Shown: piece after piece, positions 1 to 8,479 of the stretch | Layout: every line of letters begins with the position of its first letter | How positions within the stretch are numbered: the first letter of the stretch is position 1 | DNA from: an uncultured SAR86 cluster bacterium | Lineage (GTDB): Bacteria > Pseudomonadota > Gammaproteobacteria > Magnimaribacterales > Magnimaribacteraceae | Assembly: GCA_902514295.1 (NCBI GenBank) | Contig: CABXQE010000002.1 | Span: 9,938-73,937 of the forward strand | DNA length: 64,000 nucleotides | Reading direction: 5' to 3' | The notes under the pieces: model-generated | The model's input: only the letters and a program-made list of their open reading frames with translations | Told to the model about the DNA's origin: nothing | Database searches by the model: none | Made by a program: the position numbers and the translations under genes

Positions 1-1013
1 CAACCAGATCTATCCATAAGTCTAATTGCTTTTGGATTTAATTCTCCAAATTGTCTTACGGCAGTATTGTCTTCTTTAAAGTTTAGGCCAAAGCTAGAAA
101 TTTCAGAGCTAGGCAGCACCCCTTTAACTATTGGGTACTCATAAGATTTATCAACCATGTATTTTTGAACTCTCTTTGACAGCAAGAATTCTAAGAAAAG
201 ATTAGCGTTAACAGGATTAGGAGAACTTTTTAATATTCCCGCTCCACTTATGTTTATGTGTACACCTCTATCATTTTGATTAGGGAAATGTATTTTTACA
301 TTTTTGGCGGCTTCTTGCTGTTCTTTGCCAGCAGATCCAGAAAGCATAATGCCTATGTAATAGCTATTTGCTATGGCTAAATCAGCTTCTCCATTCGACA
401 CGGCAATAATTTGAGATCTATCATTGCCTTGTGGTTTTCTAGCAAAATTTTTCACAAGGTTTTTAGCCCAAATTTCTGCATTTTCTTCACCGAGGTTAGC
501 AATTAATGATGCTACTAGAGACTGGTTATACATATTGCTTGAACTCCTAATGACTATTCGATTTCTCCATTCTTCATTTGCAAGATCTTCATACGTTAAG
601 CCCTTTATCTCACTAGACCGAATTTTCATTGGATTGTAAAAAATTACTCTTGCTCTCTTTGCAACGGCTGTCCATTCATCATTAGGCCCTCTAAGCTCTG
701 CAGGAACAGATGAAAGAATTTTCTCTGATTTTATACTTTGGAATAGACCTTCTTTCTGAACTTTCCATAGATTACCAGCGTCAACAGTAAAGAAAATATC
801 AGCGGGTGAATTTTTCCCTTCAGATTTAATCCTTTCCAAAAGTGCACTTCCTTTTCCAGAAATGATATTTACCTTGATACCAGTTTCTTTTGTAAATTCT
901 TCATAGAGAGCGTCATCAGAGTCGTAGTGTCTTGAAGTGTAAACGTTCACGTTATCGGCAAAGATAATTTCCGATAGAAAAGAGACTAATAATAGATATA
1001 GAATTTTTCTCAT
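1..1013 (-). CDS. Fe(3+) ABC transporter periplasmic substrate-binding protein (FbpA/AfuA/FutA-like); 3' end runs off the window edge
   Basis: Absent from the ORF track because it is open to the window edge. My hand translation of the reverse strand from the ATG (complement of 1011-1013) gives MRKILYLLLVSFLSEIIFADNVNVYTSRHYDSDDALYEEFTKETGIKVNIISGKGSALLERIKSEGKNSPADIFFTVDAGNLW..., with no stop down to base 3. It has a signal peptide and the VYTSRHY / ADIFFTVDAG pattern typical of ferric-iron binding proteins. Confidence 0.8.
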   Translation of the reverse strand, partial: MRKILYLLLVSFLSEIIFADNVNVYTSRHYDSDDALYEEFTKETGIKVNIISGKGSALLERIKSEGKNSPADIFFTVDAGNLWKVQKEGLFQSIKSEKILSSVPAELRGPNDEWTAVAKRARVIFYNPMKIRSSEIKGLTYEDLANEEWRNRIVIRSSSNMYNQSLVASLIANLGEENAEIWAKNLVKNFARKPQGNDRSQIIAVSNGEADLAIANSYYIGIMLSGSAGKEQQEAAKNVKIHFPNQNDRGVHINISGAGILKSSPNPVNANLFLEFLLSKRVQKYMVDKSYEYPIVKGVLPSSEISSFGLNFKEDNTAVRQFGELNPKAIRLMDRSG

Positions 1014-1028
1014 AAAAGCCATTCTAAC

Positions 1029-1048
1029 TTAATGAGAACGATTCTCAA
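1029..1048. promoter_or_regulatory. Fur-box-like operator in the divergent intergenic region
   Basis: TTAATGAGAACGATTCTCAA contains the perfect inverted repeat TGAGAA-N3-TTCTCA. By hand alignment, 13 of 17 positions match the classical Fur consensus GATAATGATAATCATTATC. It lies about 15 nt upstream of the iron-binding-protein start codon. Confidence 0.5.
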
Positions 1049-1108
1049 TTAAAATCTAGTTACTTCTTTCTGTAATCTTAGTTTTCTAATAATGTTAGAA
1101 TTTGCAAA

Positions 1109-2305
1109 ATGATACGTGATGAGCAAATAAGAATTCTGAAAGGTCTAATAAATCACCTGGATTCTAAAACAAATGTTGATGCAGGGGGAATAATGAAAGC
1201 CCCAGCAGATACTTATACATCTCAGGAAAGATTTGATAGAGAATGGGATTCTTTCTTTCTAAATCACCCTCAAATAATTGGTATGTCAGGAGACCTGCCT
1301 AAAAATAATTCTTTTTTTACTACTGAAGAATTTGGAAAACCAATTCTAGCCACTAGGAACGATAAAGGAGAATATAAAGCCTATGCCAATATCTGCTCTC
1401 ATAGAGGAGTGATAGTAGAAGGAGAAAAGAGAGGTGAAAAATCCAGATTCTCTTGTCCTTTCCATGGATGGACTTATAGCAACGAAGGCTCTTTAGTGGG
1501 CTATCCAAAAAGTGATCAATTCGGAAAAATAGATAAAGATTGCTACGGTCTTAAAGAATTACCGACATTAGAAAAATATGGATTTCTTTGGGTACACCCG
1601 TCGGAGAAGGGTGATATTAATCTTAATGAACTTCTAGGATCGAAACTAATCGAAGAATTTAGCTCTTGGAATTTTGAAGAATTAGTTTTAGGCAATGAAG
1701 AAAACTATGTAACAGATATGAATTGGAAGTTAGCTATAGACACATTTGGAGAGACTTACCATTTTTCTGTCTTGCATAAAGATACTCTTTTCCAATCTTT
1801 CCATGGAAATTGTCAAATGTTTGATAGCTTCAAAAGAAATGGAAGGTTAATACTGTGTAAAAGAGACATAGATGAAATGAGAAAACTTCCTGAAGCGGAG
1901 TGGAATATTTGTACAGGATCTTTACCAGTATATTATCTATTTCCAAATATCATTTTTATGCCAACTAATGAGGGAGCCTTTTTAGTTAAAGAATATCCCC
2001 TAGAAAACTCACCTCACAAGAGCGTTTCACAGATATCTTTTTATTTTTACCCTCATGTACTTGAGTATGTTGAAAATCAAAAAAGATCAGGAATAGAAGA
2101 ATCTCCTCTAGAAGAGCAATATGTTGGTTTTGCTGAAGTCATTAGAGACGAAGACTATGTTGTTGCTGCGTCTTCTCACAAAGGACTTCTGTCAGGATCT
2201 TTAGATTACCTAACTTATGGAAAGAACGAACCAGCATTGCATCATTATCATAATACCTATAGAGAAGCGCTTGGTCTTCAGTCTTTACCTTTAATAGAAG
2301 CTTAA
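1109..2305 (+). CDS. Rieske [2Fe-2S] non-heme-iron oxygenase, alpha (catalytic) subunit family
   Basis: Rieske motif CSHRG-x15-CPFHGW (C-x-H-x17-C-x2-H). The size (398 aa) and C-terminal catalytic-domain length fit ring-hydroxylating, betaine or carnitine-type oxygenases. Confidence 0.85.
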   Translation: MIRDEQIRILKGLINHLDSKTNVDAGGIMKAPADTYTSQERFDREWDSFFLNHPQIIGMSGDLPKNNSFFTTEEFGKPILATRNDKGEYKAYANICSHRGVIVEGEKRGEKSRFSCPFHGWTYSNEGSLVGYPKSDQFGKIDKDCYGLKELPTLEKYGFLWVHPSEKGDINLNELLGSKLIEEFSSWNFEELVLGNEENYVTDMNWKLAIDTFGETYHFSVLHKDTLFQSFHGNCQMFDSFKRNGRLILCKRDIDEMRKLPEAEWNICTGSLPVYYLFPNIIFMPTNEGAFLVKEYPLENSPHKSVSQISFYFYPHVLEYVENQKRSGIEESPLEEQYVGFAEVIRDEDYVVAASSHKGLLSGSLDYLTYGKNEPALHHYHNTYREALGLQSLPLIEA

Positions 2306-2325
2306 ACTTTAAAGCACATCCATTG

Positions 2326-2547
2326 ATGAGTTCAAATACTATTACTTTGATATTCTGTTTGGGCGGATTAACTTTCCTTGTAAATTGGGCAATACTGATC
2401 TATTTAAACAATTCAAAACTTGAAAAGTTCTTTTTAGGTAGATTTTCTTTATTAAAAACTCTTTTAACTTATTTGTTATTATCTTCGCTAGGAGTGCTTT
2501 CTATGGGAGTTTTATTTGTTTCAGCCTTGATGTTATCTCATGGGTAA
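2326..2547 (+). CDS. small hypothetical membrane protein (two predicted TM helices)
   Basis: The ORF follows the Rieske gene by about 20 nt and has two hydrophobic stretches. I chose the ATG at 2326 over the track's TTG at 2323. No recognisable family. Confidence 0.4.
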   Translation: MSSNTITLIFCLGGLTFLVNWAILIYLNNSKLEKFFLGRFSLLKTLLTYLLLSSLGVLSMGVLFVSALMLSHG

Positions 2548-2572
2548 AAGGAATCATTAATATTTAAGAAAT

Positions 2573-3238
2573 ATGGAAGGAAATTACTCGCTTGAAAATT
2601 TTTCAAGATCTAAATTAGAGCTACCTATTAAGGACTCTAAACTTCTACTGCATAGCTGTTGTGCTCCGTGTGCTGGAGAGATCATGGAGGCAGTTGCAGC
2701 ATCTAATATTGATACAACTGTCTATTTTTATAATCCTAATATCCATCCTGTTGAGGAATATGAAATTAGAAAAGAAGAAAATAAACGATTTTGCAAAACT
2801 TTGGGATTCTCATTCATAGATGCTGATTATGATAAAGACAATTGGTTCGAGAGGGTGAAAGGCCTTGAAAACGAACCTGAAAGAGGGAAACGATGCACAG
2901 AATGCTTTGATATGAGATTTGAGAGATCTGCTCTTTATGCAAGTGAAAATGACTTTGCCGTTTACGCTACAACTCTAGGAATTTCAAGATGGAAAGATAT
3001 GAATCAAATAAATGACTCTGGGCATAGAGCCTCTAAAAAATATGAAAAGGTAAGTTATTGGGATTTTAATTGGAGAAAAAAAGGCGGTTCTTCGAGAATG
3101 ATTGAAATATCTAAAAGAGAAGAGTTTTATCAGCAAGAGTATTGCGGTTGTGTTTATAGTTTAAGAGATACAAATAAATGGCGCCAAGAAAATAATCGAC
3201 CCAGGATCAAGAGAGGAATCAAGTTTTATAACATATGA
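2573..3238 (+). CDS. queH: epoxyqueuosine reductase QueH (DUF208 family)
   Basis: Diagnostic cysteine motifs [15 protein letters not shown] and YCGCVYS; about 220 aa. Confidence 0.85.
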   Translation: MEGNYSLENFSRSKLELPIKDSKLLLHSCCAPCAGEIMEAVAASNIDTTVYFYNPNIHPVEEYEIRKEENKRFCKTLGFSFIDADYDKDNWFERVKGLENEPERGKRCTECFDMRFERSALYASENDFAVYATTLGISRWKDMNQINDSGHRASKKYEKVSYWDFNWRKKGGSSRMIEISKREEFYQQEYCGCVYSLRDTNKWRQENNRPRIKRGIKFYNI

Positions 3239-3930
3239 ACAGACAAATAATTGCAATCGGAGGCGGAGGTTTTGGCAGGAATCCTGGTGAGGGAATAATT
3301 GAAGATTATATCCTTAATCAATCTAATGCTAAAAATCCTAATATTTGCTTTATTCCAACCGCTACAGGTGACAATGAAGCGTATAAAAATAATTATTACG
3401 CCACTTTTACCAAACTAAATTGTAACCCAGTTCATTTAGATTTTTTTAAAAGAACCCCTGATTTAGAGGGCCTAATAAATGAACAAGATGTCATTTTTGT
3501 TGGGGGAGGCAATACAAAGAGTATGCTTGCCGTTTGGAAAGAATGGGGTTTGGATTTAATTCTTCATAACGCTTATAAAAATGGAGTTGTTATGAGTGGA
3601 GTCAGTGCAGGAGCTATTTGCTGGTTTGAACAAGGAATAACCGACTCGTGGTCAGAAGACCTTAAAGTAATGGATTGTTTAGGATTTGTGAAAGGTGCCT
3701 GTTGTCCGCATTACGATGAAGAGCCGCAAAGAAGACCTTCATTAAAAAAGTTTTTATCTCAAAAAGTTCTTGAGTCTTGTTACGCAGTAGATGGAGGTTG
3801 CGCTTTGCATATCCAAGATGAGAAGGAATATAAATCTATAGCTTTTTCGAAGAATAAAAAATCTTTTCATGTTGAATTTAAAAACAATCAGGTTGTAGAA
3901 GATTCTTTCCCAGTTTCAGATATTTACTAA
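3235..3930 (+). CDS. peptidase S51 family (dipeptidase E / cyanophycinase-like)
   Basis: VIFVGGGNT and GVSAGAICW (nucleophile serine) motifs; about 230 aa. The start overlaps the queH stop (ATGA). Confidence 0.75.
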   Translation: MNRQIIAIGGGGFGRNPGEGIIEDYILNQSNAKNPNICFIPTATGDNEAYKNNYYATFTKLNCNPVHLDFFKRTPDLEGLINEQDVIFVGGGNTKSMLAVWKEWGLDLILHNAYKNGVVMSGVSAGAICWFEQGITDSWSEDLKVMDCLGFVKGACCPHYDEEPQRRPSLKKFLSQKVLESCYAVDGGCALHIQDEKEYKSIAFSKNKKSFHVEFKNNQVVEDSFPVSDIY

Positions 3931-3973
3931 TTAAAAATATTGTCTAAAAGTCGCTTCTGAAATAGGTAAGAAC

Positions 3974-3982
3974 TGTTAGAAT
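3974..3982 (+). promoter_or_regulatory. extended -10 element (TGtTAGAAT) upstream of tRNA-Asp
   Basis: A TGn-TAGAAT ends 10 nt before the mature tRNA 5' end. Confidence 0.3.
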
Positions 3983-3992
3983 GCTTTTTTTT

Positions 3993-4070
3993 GGACCGGT
4001 AGTTCAGTTTGGTTAGAACGCCGCCCTGTCACGGCGGAGGTCGCGAGTTCGAGTCTCGTCCGGTCCGCCA
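3993..4070 (+). tRNA. tRNA-Asp (anticodon GTC)
   Basis: Cloverleaf folded by hand: acceptor GGACCGG/CCGGTCC, anticodon stem CCGCC/GGCGG with loop CTGTCAC, T-loop TTCGAGT, encoded CCA. Confidence 0.95.
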
Positions 4071-4129
4071 TTTAATGTCTATTAAAAGAAATTCATTTAA
4101 TGTAACCTAGCAATTGATAGCATAAAATT

Positions 4130-4456
4130 ATGAAGTGGTCTTACACAGGTGGTAAATTAAATGTATCTTCAGATGAAGAAGACCAGCAATTCTTACTAAA
4201 AGATCTCATTGAAGAAGCCTCAAGACACCGAGCTAAGAAAAAGAAGGTTTTCATTTTCTTTATAGTTTTTTCTGTAATTTTATTAGCAATGCAGAATTAC
4301 GGTGCGAGTTTATCTGAGGGCATGTCCATTTACTTTTATATTGGATATTTTTTAACTCCAATAATCATCTCTCTGCTTATATCTGGAATTCTCTACGCTG
4401 TTATAAGAAGATCGCCAAAAAAATTTAAGAAATTAAATAAACACTTAAAAGGTTAG
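4130..4456 (+). CDS. hypothetical membrane protein
   Basis: 108 aa with an acidic N-terminus, a KKKK anchor, then two hydrophobic helices. No family recognised. Confidence 0.45.
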   Translation: MKWSYTGGKLNVSSDEEDQQFLLKDLIEEASRHRAKKKKVFIFFIVFSVILLAMQNYGASLSEGMSIYFYIGYFLTPIIISLLISGILYAVIRRSPKKFKKLNKHLKG

Positions 4457-5244
4457 TAAAAAGTCCTCGCGCTACCTCCGTCGACCTGCACGGCCAAACC
4501 AGTCATATAGTTTGCTTTTTCAGAAGCCAGAAATGTAATTAATGCAGATAGGTCAGTGGCTTCACCAATCCTTTGTAAGGGGATATTCTTAGCTATGGCT
4601 TCTTCGAGCTCTTTCTTATCTTTTCCGGTGGATTTAGATTGAGCAGTTAAGATTTCTTCAATTCTTTCAGTTTTTGTTGTCCCAGGGCAAACAGTATTTA
4701 CAGTTATTCCAAACGGAGCGACTTCATCAGATAAAGCTTTAGCCCATCCAAGAACACCCATCCTTAAGCTGTTAGAAAGAAATAATCCATTAACAGGTGT
4801 TTTTACCGAAACTGAAGAGATATTTATGATTCTTCCCCATTTTTTCTTCTTCATATCAGGTAAAACCAGTCTTGAGAGCCTTATTGATGACATCATGGTA
4901 GCGTTAAATGCCTTTTGCCAGTCTTCATCATCTAATTGCTCAAAAGTGCTTGGAGGGGGCCCTCCATTATTGTTAATTAAGATATCTATAGATTGAAACT
5001 CTTTCTTCGATTCCTTAAATAATCTCTTAATATCATCTTCAGAGCTTAGATCTGTCTCTAAACCCAACACATCAACTTCTGTTGTTTCTTCAATTTCCTT
5101 TTTAACGGCATTAATTTTATCTTGATCTCTAGAGCAAATTACTAGATTAACTCCTTCTTTAGCTAAATCTACGGCTGCAGCCTTCCCTAGTCCTTGACTG
5201 GAAGCGCAAACAATAGCGTTTTTTCCTTTTAATGAAAGTTCCAT
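4453..5244 (-). CDS. SDR family oxidoreductase (FabG-like)
   Basis: N-terminal nucleotide-binding region CASSQGLGKA, NNNGG motif, classical SDR length (263 aa). Confidence 0.85.
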   Translation of the reverse strand: MELSLKGKNAIVCASSQGLGKAAAVDLAKEGVNLVICSRDQDKINAVKKEIEETTEVDVLGLETDLSSEDDIKRLFKESKKEFQSIDILINNNGGPPPSTFEQLDDEDWQKAFNATMMSSIRLSRLVLPDMKKKKWGRIINISSVSVKTPVNGLFLSNSLRMGVLGWAKALSDEVAPFGITVNTVCPGTTKTERIEEILTAQSKSTGKDKKELEEAIAKNIPLQRIGEATDLSALITFLASEKANYMTGLAVQVDGGSARTFY

Positions 5245-5317
5245 ATCTCAAAAATTATTACAGATAATTGAATAAAACAGTATGATTATCAGTATATTTA
5301 AGTCAATAGGAGGATTC

Positions 5318-6706
5318 ATGGTTTCTTTTAAGAAGAAGTTAATTTTATCTACATGCTTGATGCTAAGCCTGTCTGTTATGACTGGAGAATATGAAGCAAA
5401 CCAAGCCGGAATGTCTCATGAAAGATTAGAAAAGATAGCACCAACTTTATCCGATTTGTATCTAAAAAATGGAAAATTTCCAGGATTTATTTCTGCTGTG
5501 GCTAGAAAGGGAAAAGTAGTTCACTACGAAACAATTGGTTTTTCGGATTTAGAAACTCAAGAACCACTTAAGAAAGACTCTTTATTTAGGATTTACTCAA
5601 TGAGCAAACCTATAACAGGCGTAGCATTAATGATCCTATTAGAAGAAGGAAAGCTCAGATTGAATGACCCTGTTTCACTTTACATACCTGAATTTGCTGA
5701 AACAAAAGTGCTTATAATTAATGAAGACGGAACCACCGAACTTACCGATCAAACAAAAGAAATGACCATACGGGATCTAGCTACTCATACTTCAGGTATA
5801 GCTTATGATTTCACTGCGAATGATGAATTGGCAAAAATTTATAGAAAAAATAGATTAAGTCCTTACTTTACATTTGGTGGTGACGAAGTTACTCCAGAGA
5901 GTCTTGCGAAAGGGATTATTTCTTCAAATAAACCTTTTTCAAGTATTTGTAATTTTGCAGAAAGTTTAGCTTTAAAAGCTCCTTTAATGCATCAACCTTC
6001 TGAAAATTATACTTATTCGATGGGAATGGATGTTTTGGGCTGTATTGTGGAAAGAGCTTCTGGTAAAACATTTAATGCGTTCTTAAAAGACAAGATTTTT
6101 ACCCCCTTAGGGATGAAAGATACTTTCTTTTCAATACCTAGTTCTAAAAGAGAAAGATTCACAAGTTTATATGCTGAAATAGGAGATTTGAGGGAGTACT
6201 TTCCAGATCTGGATTCTAAATTACCGAAAGATTTAACTATGCTTAAGGTTGATGGAAAGATAAATAGCCCTTATTTTGATGAGGCTACTGTTTTTGATGG
6301 GGGTTCTGGTTTAGTTTCATCAACTGAAGACTATCTCAAGTTTGCTCAAATGCTCCTAAACGGAGGAAGGCTGGGAGATCAAAGAATAATTAGTAGAAAA
6401 TCTGTCGAACTTATGTCCAGCAACCATTTACCTGAATCGTTTGCCTCCGATGCGTATTTAGAAACTGCTGGGGGCTATAGAAGGGGAGCTGGATTTGGTT
6501 TAACAGTTGGCGTCATTCTTGACCCTGGTAAGGCTGGTCAATACGGTTCTAAAGGTATGTATTTTTGGGGAGGCGCAGCCTCAACAATCTTTTGGGTTGA
6601 TCCCGAAGAAGAGTTAGTGGCAGTATTAATGACTCAGTTACTAGGTAGCTCAGAGCTTTTAAGGGAGACGTATTCAGCTTTGGTGTACCAAGCTATAGAT
6701 GATTAG
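5318..6706 (+). CDS. secreted serine hydrolase, class C beta-lactamase / D-aminopeptidase / esterase fold
   Basis: SMSKP (S-x-x-K) motif and an N-terminal signal peptide. I moved the start to the ATG at 5318, which follows TAGGAGGA; the track starts at 5282. Confidence 0.8.
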   Translation: MVSFKKKLILSTCLMLSLSVMTGEYEANQAGMSHERLEKIAPTLSDLYLKNGKFPGFISAVARKGKVVHYETIGFSDLETQEPLKKDSLFRIYSMSKPITGVALMILLEEGKLRLNDPVSLYIPEFAETKVLIINEDGTTELTDQTKEMTIRDLATHTSGIAYDFTANDELAKIYRKNRLSPYFTFGGDEVTPESLAKGIISSNKPFSSICNFAESLALKAPLMHQPSENYTYSMGMDVLGCIVERASGKTFNAFLKDKIFTPLGMKDTFFSIPSSKRERFTSLYAEIGDLREYFPDLDSKLPKDLTMLKVDGKINSPYFDEATVFDGGSGLVSSTEDYLKFAQMLLNGGRLGDQRIISRKSVELMSSNHLPESFASDAYLETAGGYRRGAGFGLTVGVILDPGKAGQYGSKGMYFWGGAASTIFWVDPEEELVAVLMTQLLGSSELLRETYSALVYQAIDD

Positions 6707-6755
6707 CGGGTAATTTTTTTAATAGATATTAGATTTATATATAGATAATAAGACC

Positions 6756-8474
6756 ATGAAAATAATAATGCCCCTAATTGCTTTCTTGGTATTTTCACTT
6801 AAAACTTTAGTCGCTGACAGTCTTCCAATTATTGAATACAGCTCAATAAATCATCCTGTAATTAGTCAAACCGGAATGGTGGTTTCGCAAAGACAATCTG
6901 CTAGCAAAGTTGGAGCAGAAATACTAAGAAAAGGTGGGAACGCAGTTGATGCTGCAGTAGCAACTGGTTTAGCTTTGGCGGTTGTATTGCCTAGAGCTGG
7001 AAATTTAGGAGGCGGAGGTTTTATGGTTGTATATCTTAAAGATAAAGATAAAACCATAACCATTGACTATAGAGAAAAAGCACCTTCAGCAGCACATAGA
7101 GATTTATTCTTAGATGAAAATGGTAATTATGATAAACAGAAAGCTCAGTTCTCTTTACTCTCAGCTGGAGTTCCAGGAACTGTATCTGGCCTTCACCATG
7201 CCTTAACAAAATATGGAACGATGACATGGCAAGAAGTATTAGAGCCTTCAATCAAGCTCGCTAAGGAAGGTTTTGCTGTTCCTCACGACCTGGCTAACAT
7301 ATTGGCTTCATCCCGTTACAAGCAAAGGTTATCTTCTAATGAAGCAGCAGCTAGATCATATTATAAGAACGATAACAGTAATTATCAGGCTGGAGAAATA
7401 CTAAAGCTGCCTGATTTAGCTTGGACTCTGAATCAATTATCCGTTCATGGGCCAGATGCTTTTTATAAAGGAGAGATTGCTAAAAAGATTGTTGAAGAGA
7501 TGGAAAGGAACGGTGGCTTGATTAACGCTGAAGATCTTAAGAATTATAGAGCCGTTGAACGAATACCAGTAGAAGGAACTTACAAAAATTTTAGAATTGT
7601 ATCTATGCCGCCTGCTAGCTCCGGAGGTATTCATTTAATTCAAATGTTAAATATGATTGAAGAATTCCCTATTAAAGATATGGGTTTTGGAAGCGCTGAT
7701 AGTATTCATATATTAGCTGAAGTAATGAAAAGAGCTTATGCGGATAGAAGTAAACATTTAGGAGACATGGACTTTTATGAAGTCCCTTTCAGTTTAATGT
7801 CTAAGGATTATTCAAGTTTCTTAAATCAAAGTATTTCAGTTAATTCCAGAACAGCTTCGAAAGATGTTTTTGCAGGAGACCCTTACCCCTATGAGAGCCC
7901 AGACACAACTCATTTTTCCGTTATGGATAGATATGGAAATGCTGTTTCAAATACTTACACTTTAAATTTTTCTTATGGATCAGGAATTATGATTCCTGGA
8001 ACTGGAATGTTAATGAATAATGAAATGGACGATTTCTCTTCTAAACCAGGAGTACCTAATGGTTACGGATTATTGGGTTCTGAAGCCAATTCCATACAAG
8101 CTAATAAAAGGCCTTTGAGCTCGATGACTCCAACAATCATATTTAAAGATGATAAACCTTACCTAGTTTTAGGAAGTCCTGGAGGAAGTAGAATAATTAC
8201 TACAGTACTGCAAGTAGCACTTAATGTTATGGAGCATGATATGAATGTAGCGCAGGCAGTGAACAGCCCTAGAATACATCATCAATGGCTTCCAGAGGTT
8301 CTTATGCTGGAAAAAGGTTTTGGACCAGATACTAAGAAAATTTTAGAAGAGAAGGGGTACAAAATATATCCTTCAAGCACCATGGGCAGTGTTCAGGCCA
8401 TCCTCAAAGAAGGAGATTATTTTTATGGTGCAGCCGACCCAAGAAGACCTAGCTCTGGAGCTATAGCTCCTTGA
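6756..8474 (+). CDS. ggt: gamma-glutamyltransferase, secreted
   Basis: Signal peptide, GNLGGGGFM, autoprocessing/nucleophile motif ESPDTTHFSV, GSPGGSRII; 572 aa. Confidence 0.92.
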   Translation: MKIIMPLIAFLVFSLKTLVADSLPIIEYSSINHPVISQTGMVVSQRQSASKVGAEILRKGGNAVDAAVATGLALAVVLPRAGNLGGGGFMVVYLKDKDKTITIDYREKAPSAAHRDLFLDENGNYDKQKAQFSLLSAGVPGTVSGLHHALTKYGTMTWQEVLEPSIKLAKEGFAVPHDLANILASSRYKQRLSSNEAAARSYYKNDNSNYQAGEILKLPDLAWTLNQLSVHGPDAFYKGEIAKKIVEEMERNGGLINAEDLKNYRAVERIPVEGTYKNFRIVSMPPASSGGIHLIQMLNMIEEFPIKDMGFGSADSIHILAEVMKRAYADRSKHLGDMDFYEVPFSLMSKDYSSFLNQSISVNSRTASKDVFAGDPYPYESPDTTHFSVMDRYGNAVSNTYTLNFSYGSGIMIPGTGMLMNNEMDDFSSKPGVPNGYGLLGSEANSIQANKRPLSSMTPTIIFKDDKPYLVLGSPGGSRIITTVLQVALNVMEHDMNVAQAVNSPRIHHQWLPEVLMLEKGFGPDTKKILEEKGYKIYPSSTMGSVQAILKEGDYFYGAADPRRPSSGAIAP

Positions 8475-8479
8475 TAGTC

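Noticed and set aside
4069-4103. A 10-nt direct repeat, CATTTAATGT, overlapping the tRNA-Asp CCA end (4069-4078) and repeated 25 nt downstream (4094-4103), as a possible att scar.
   Set aside because: The copies are only 15 nt apart and enclose no cargo. The sequence is AT-rich and short, and no integrase is present. It is most likely chance or a remnant that cannot be interpreted from this window.
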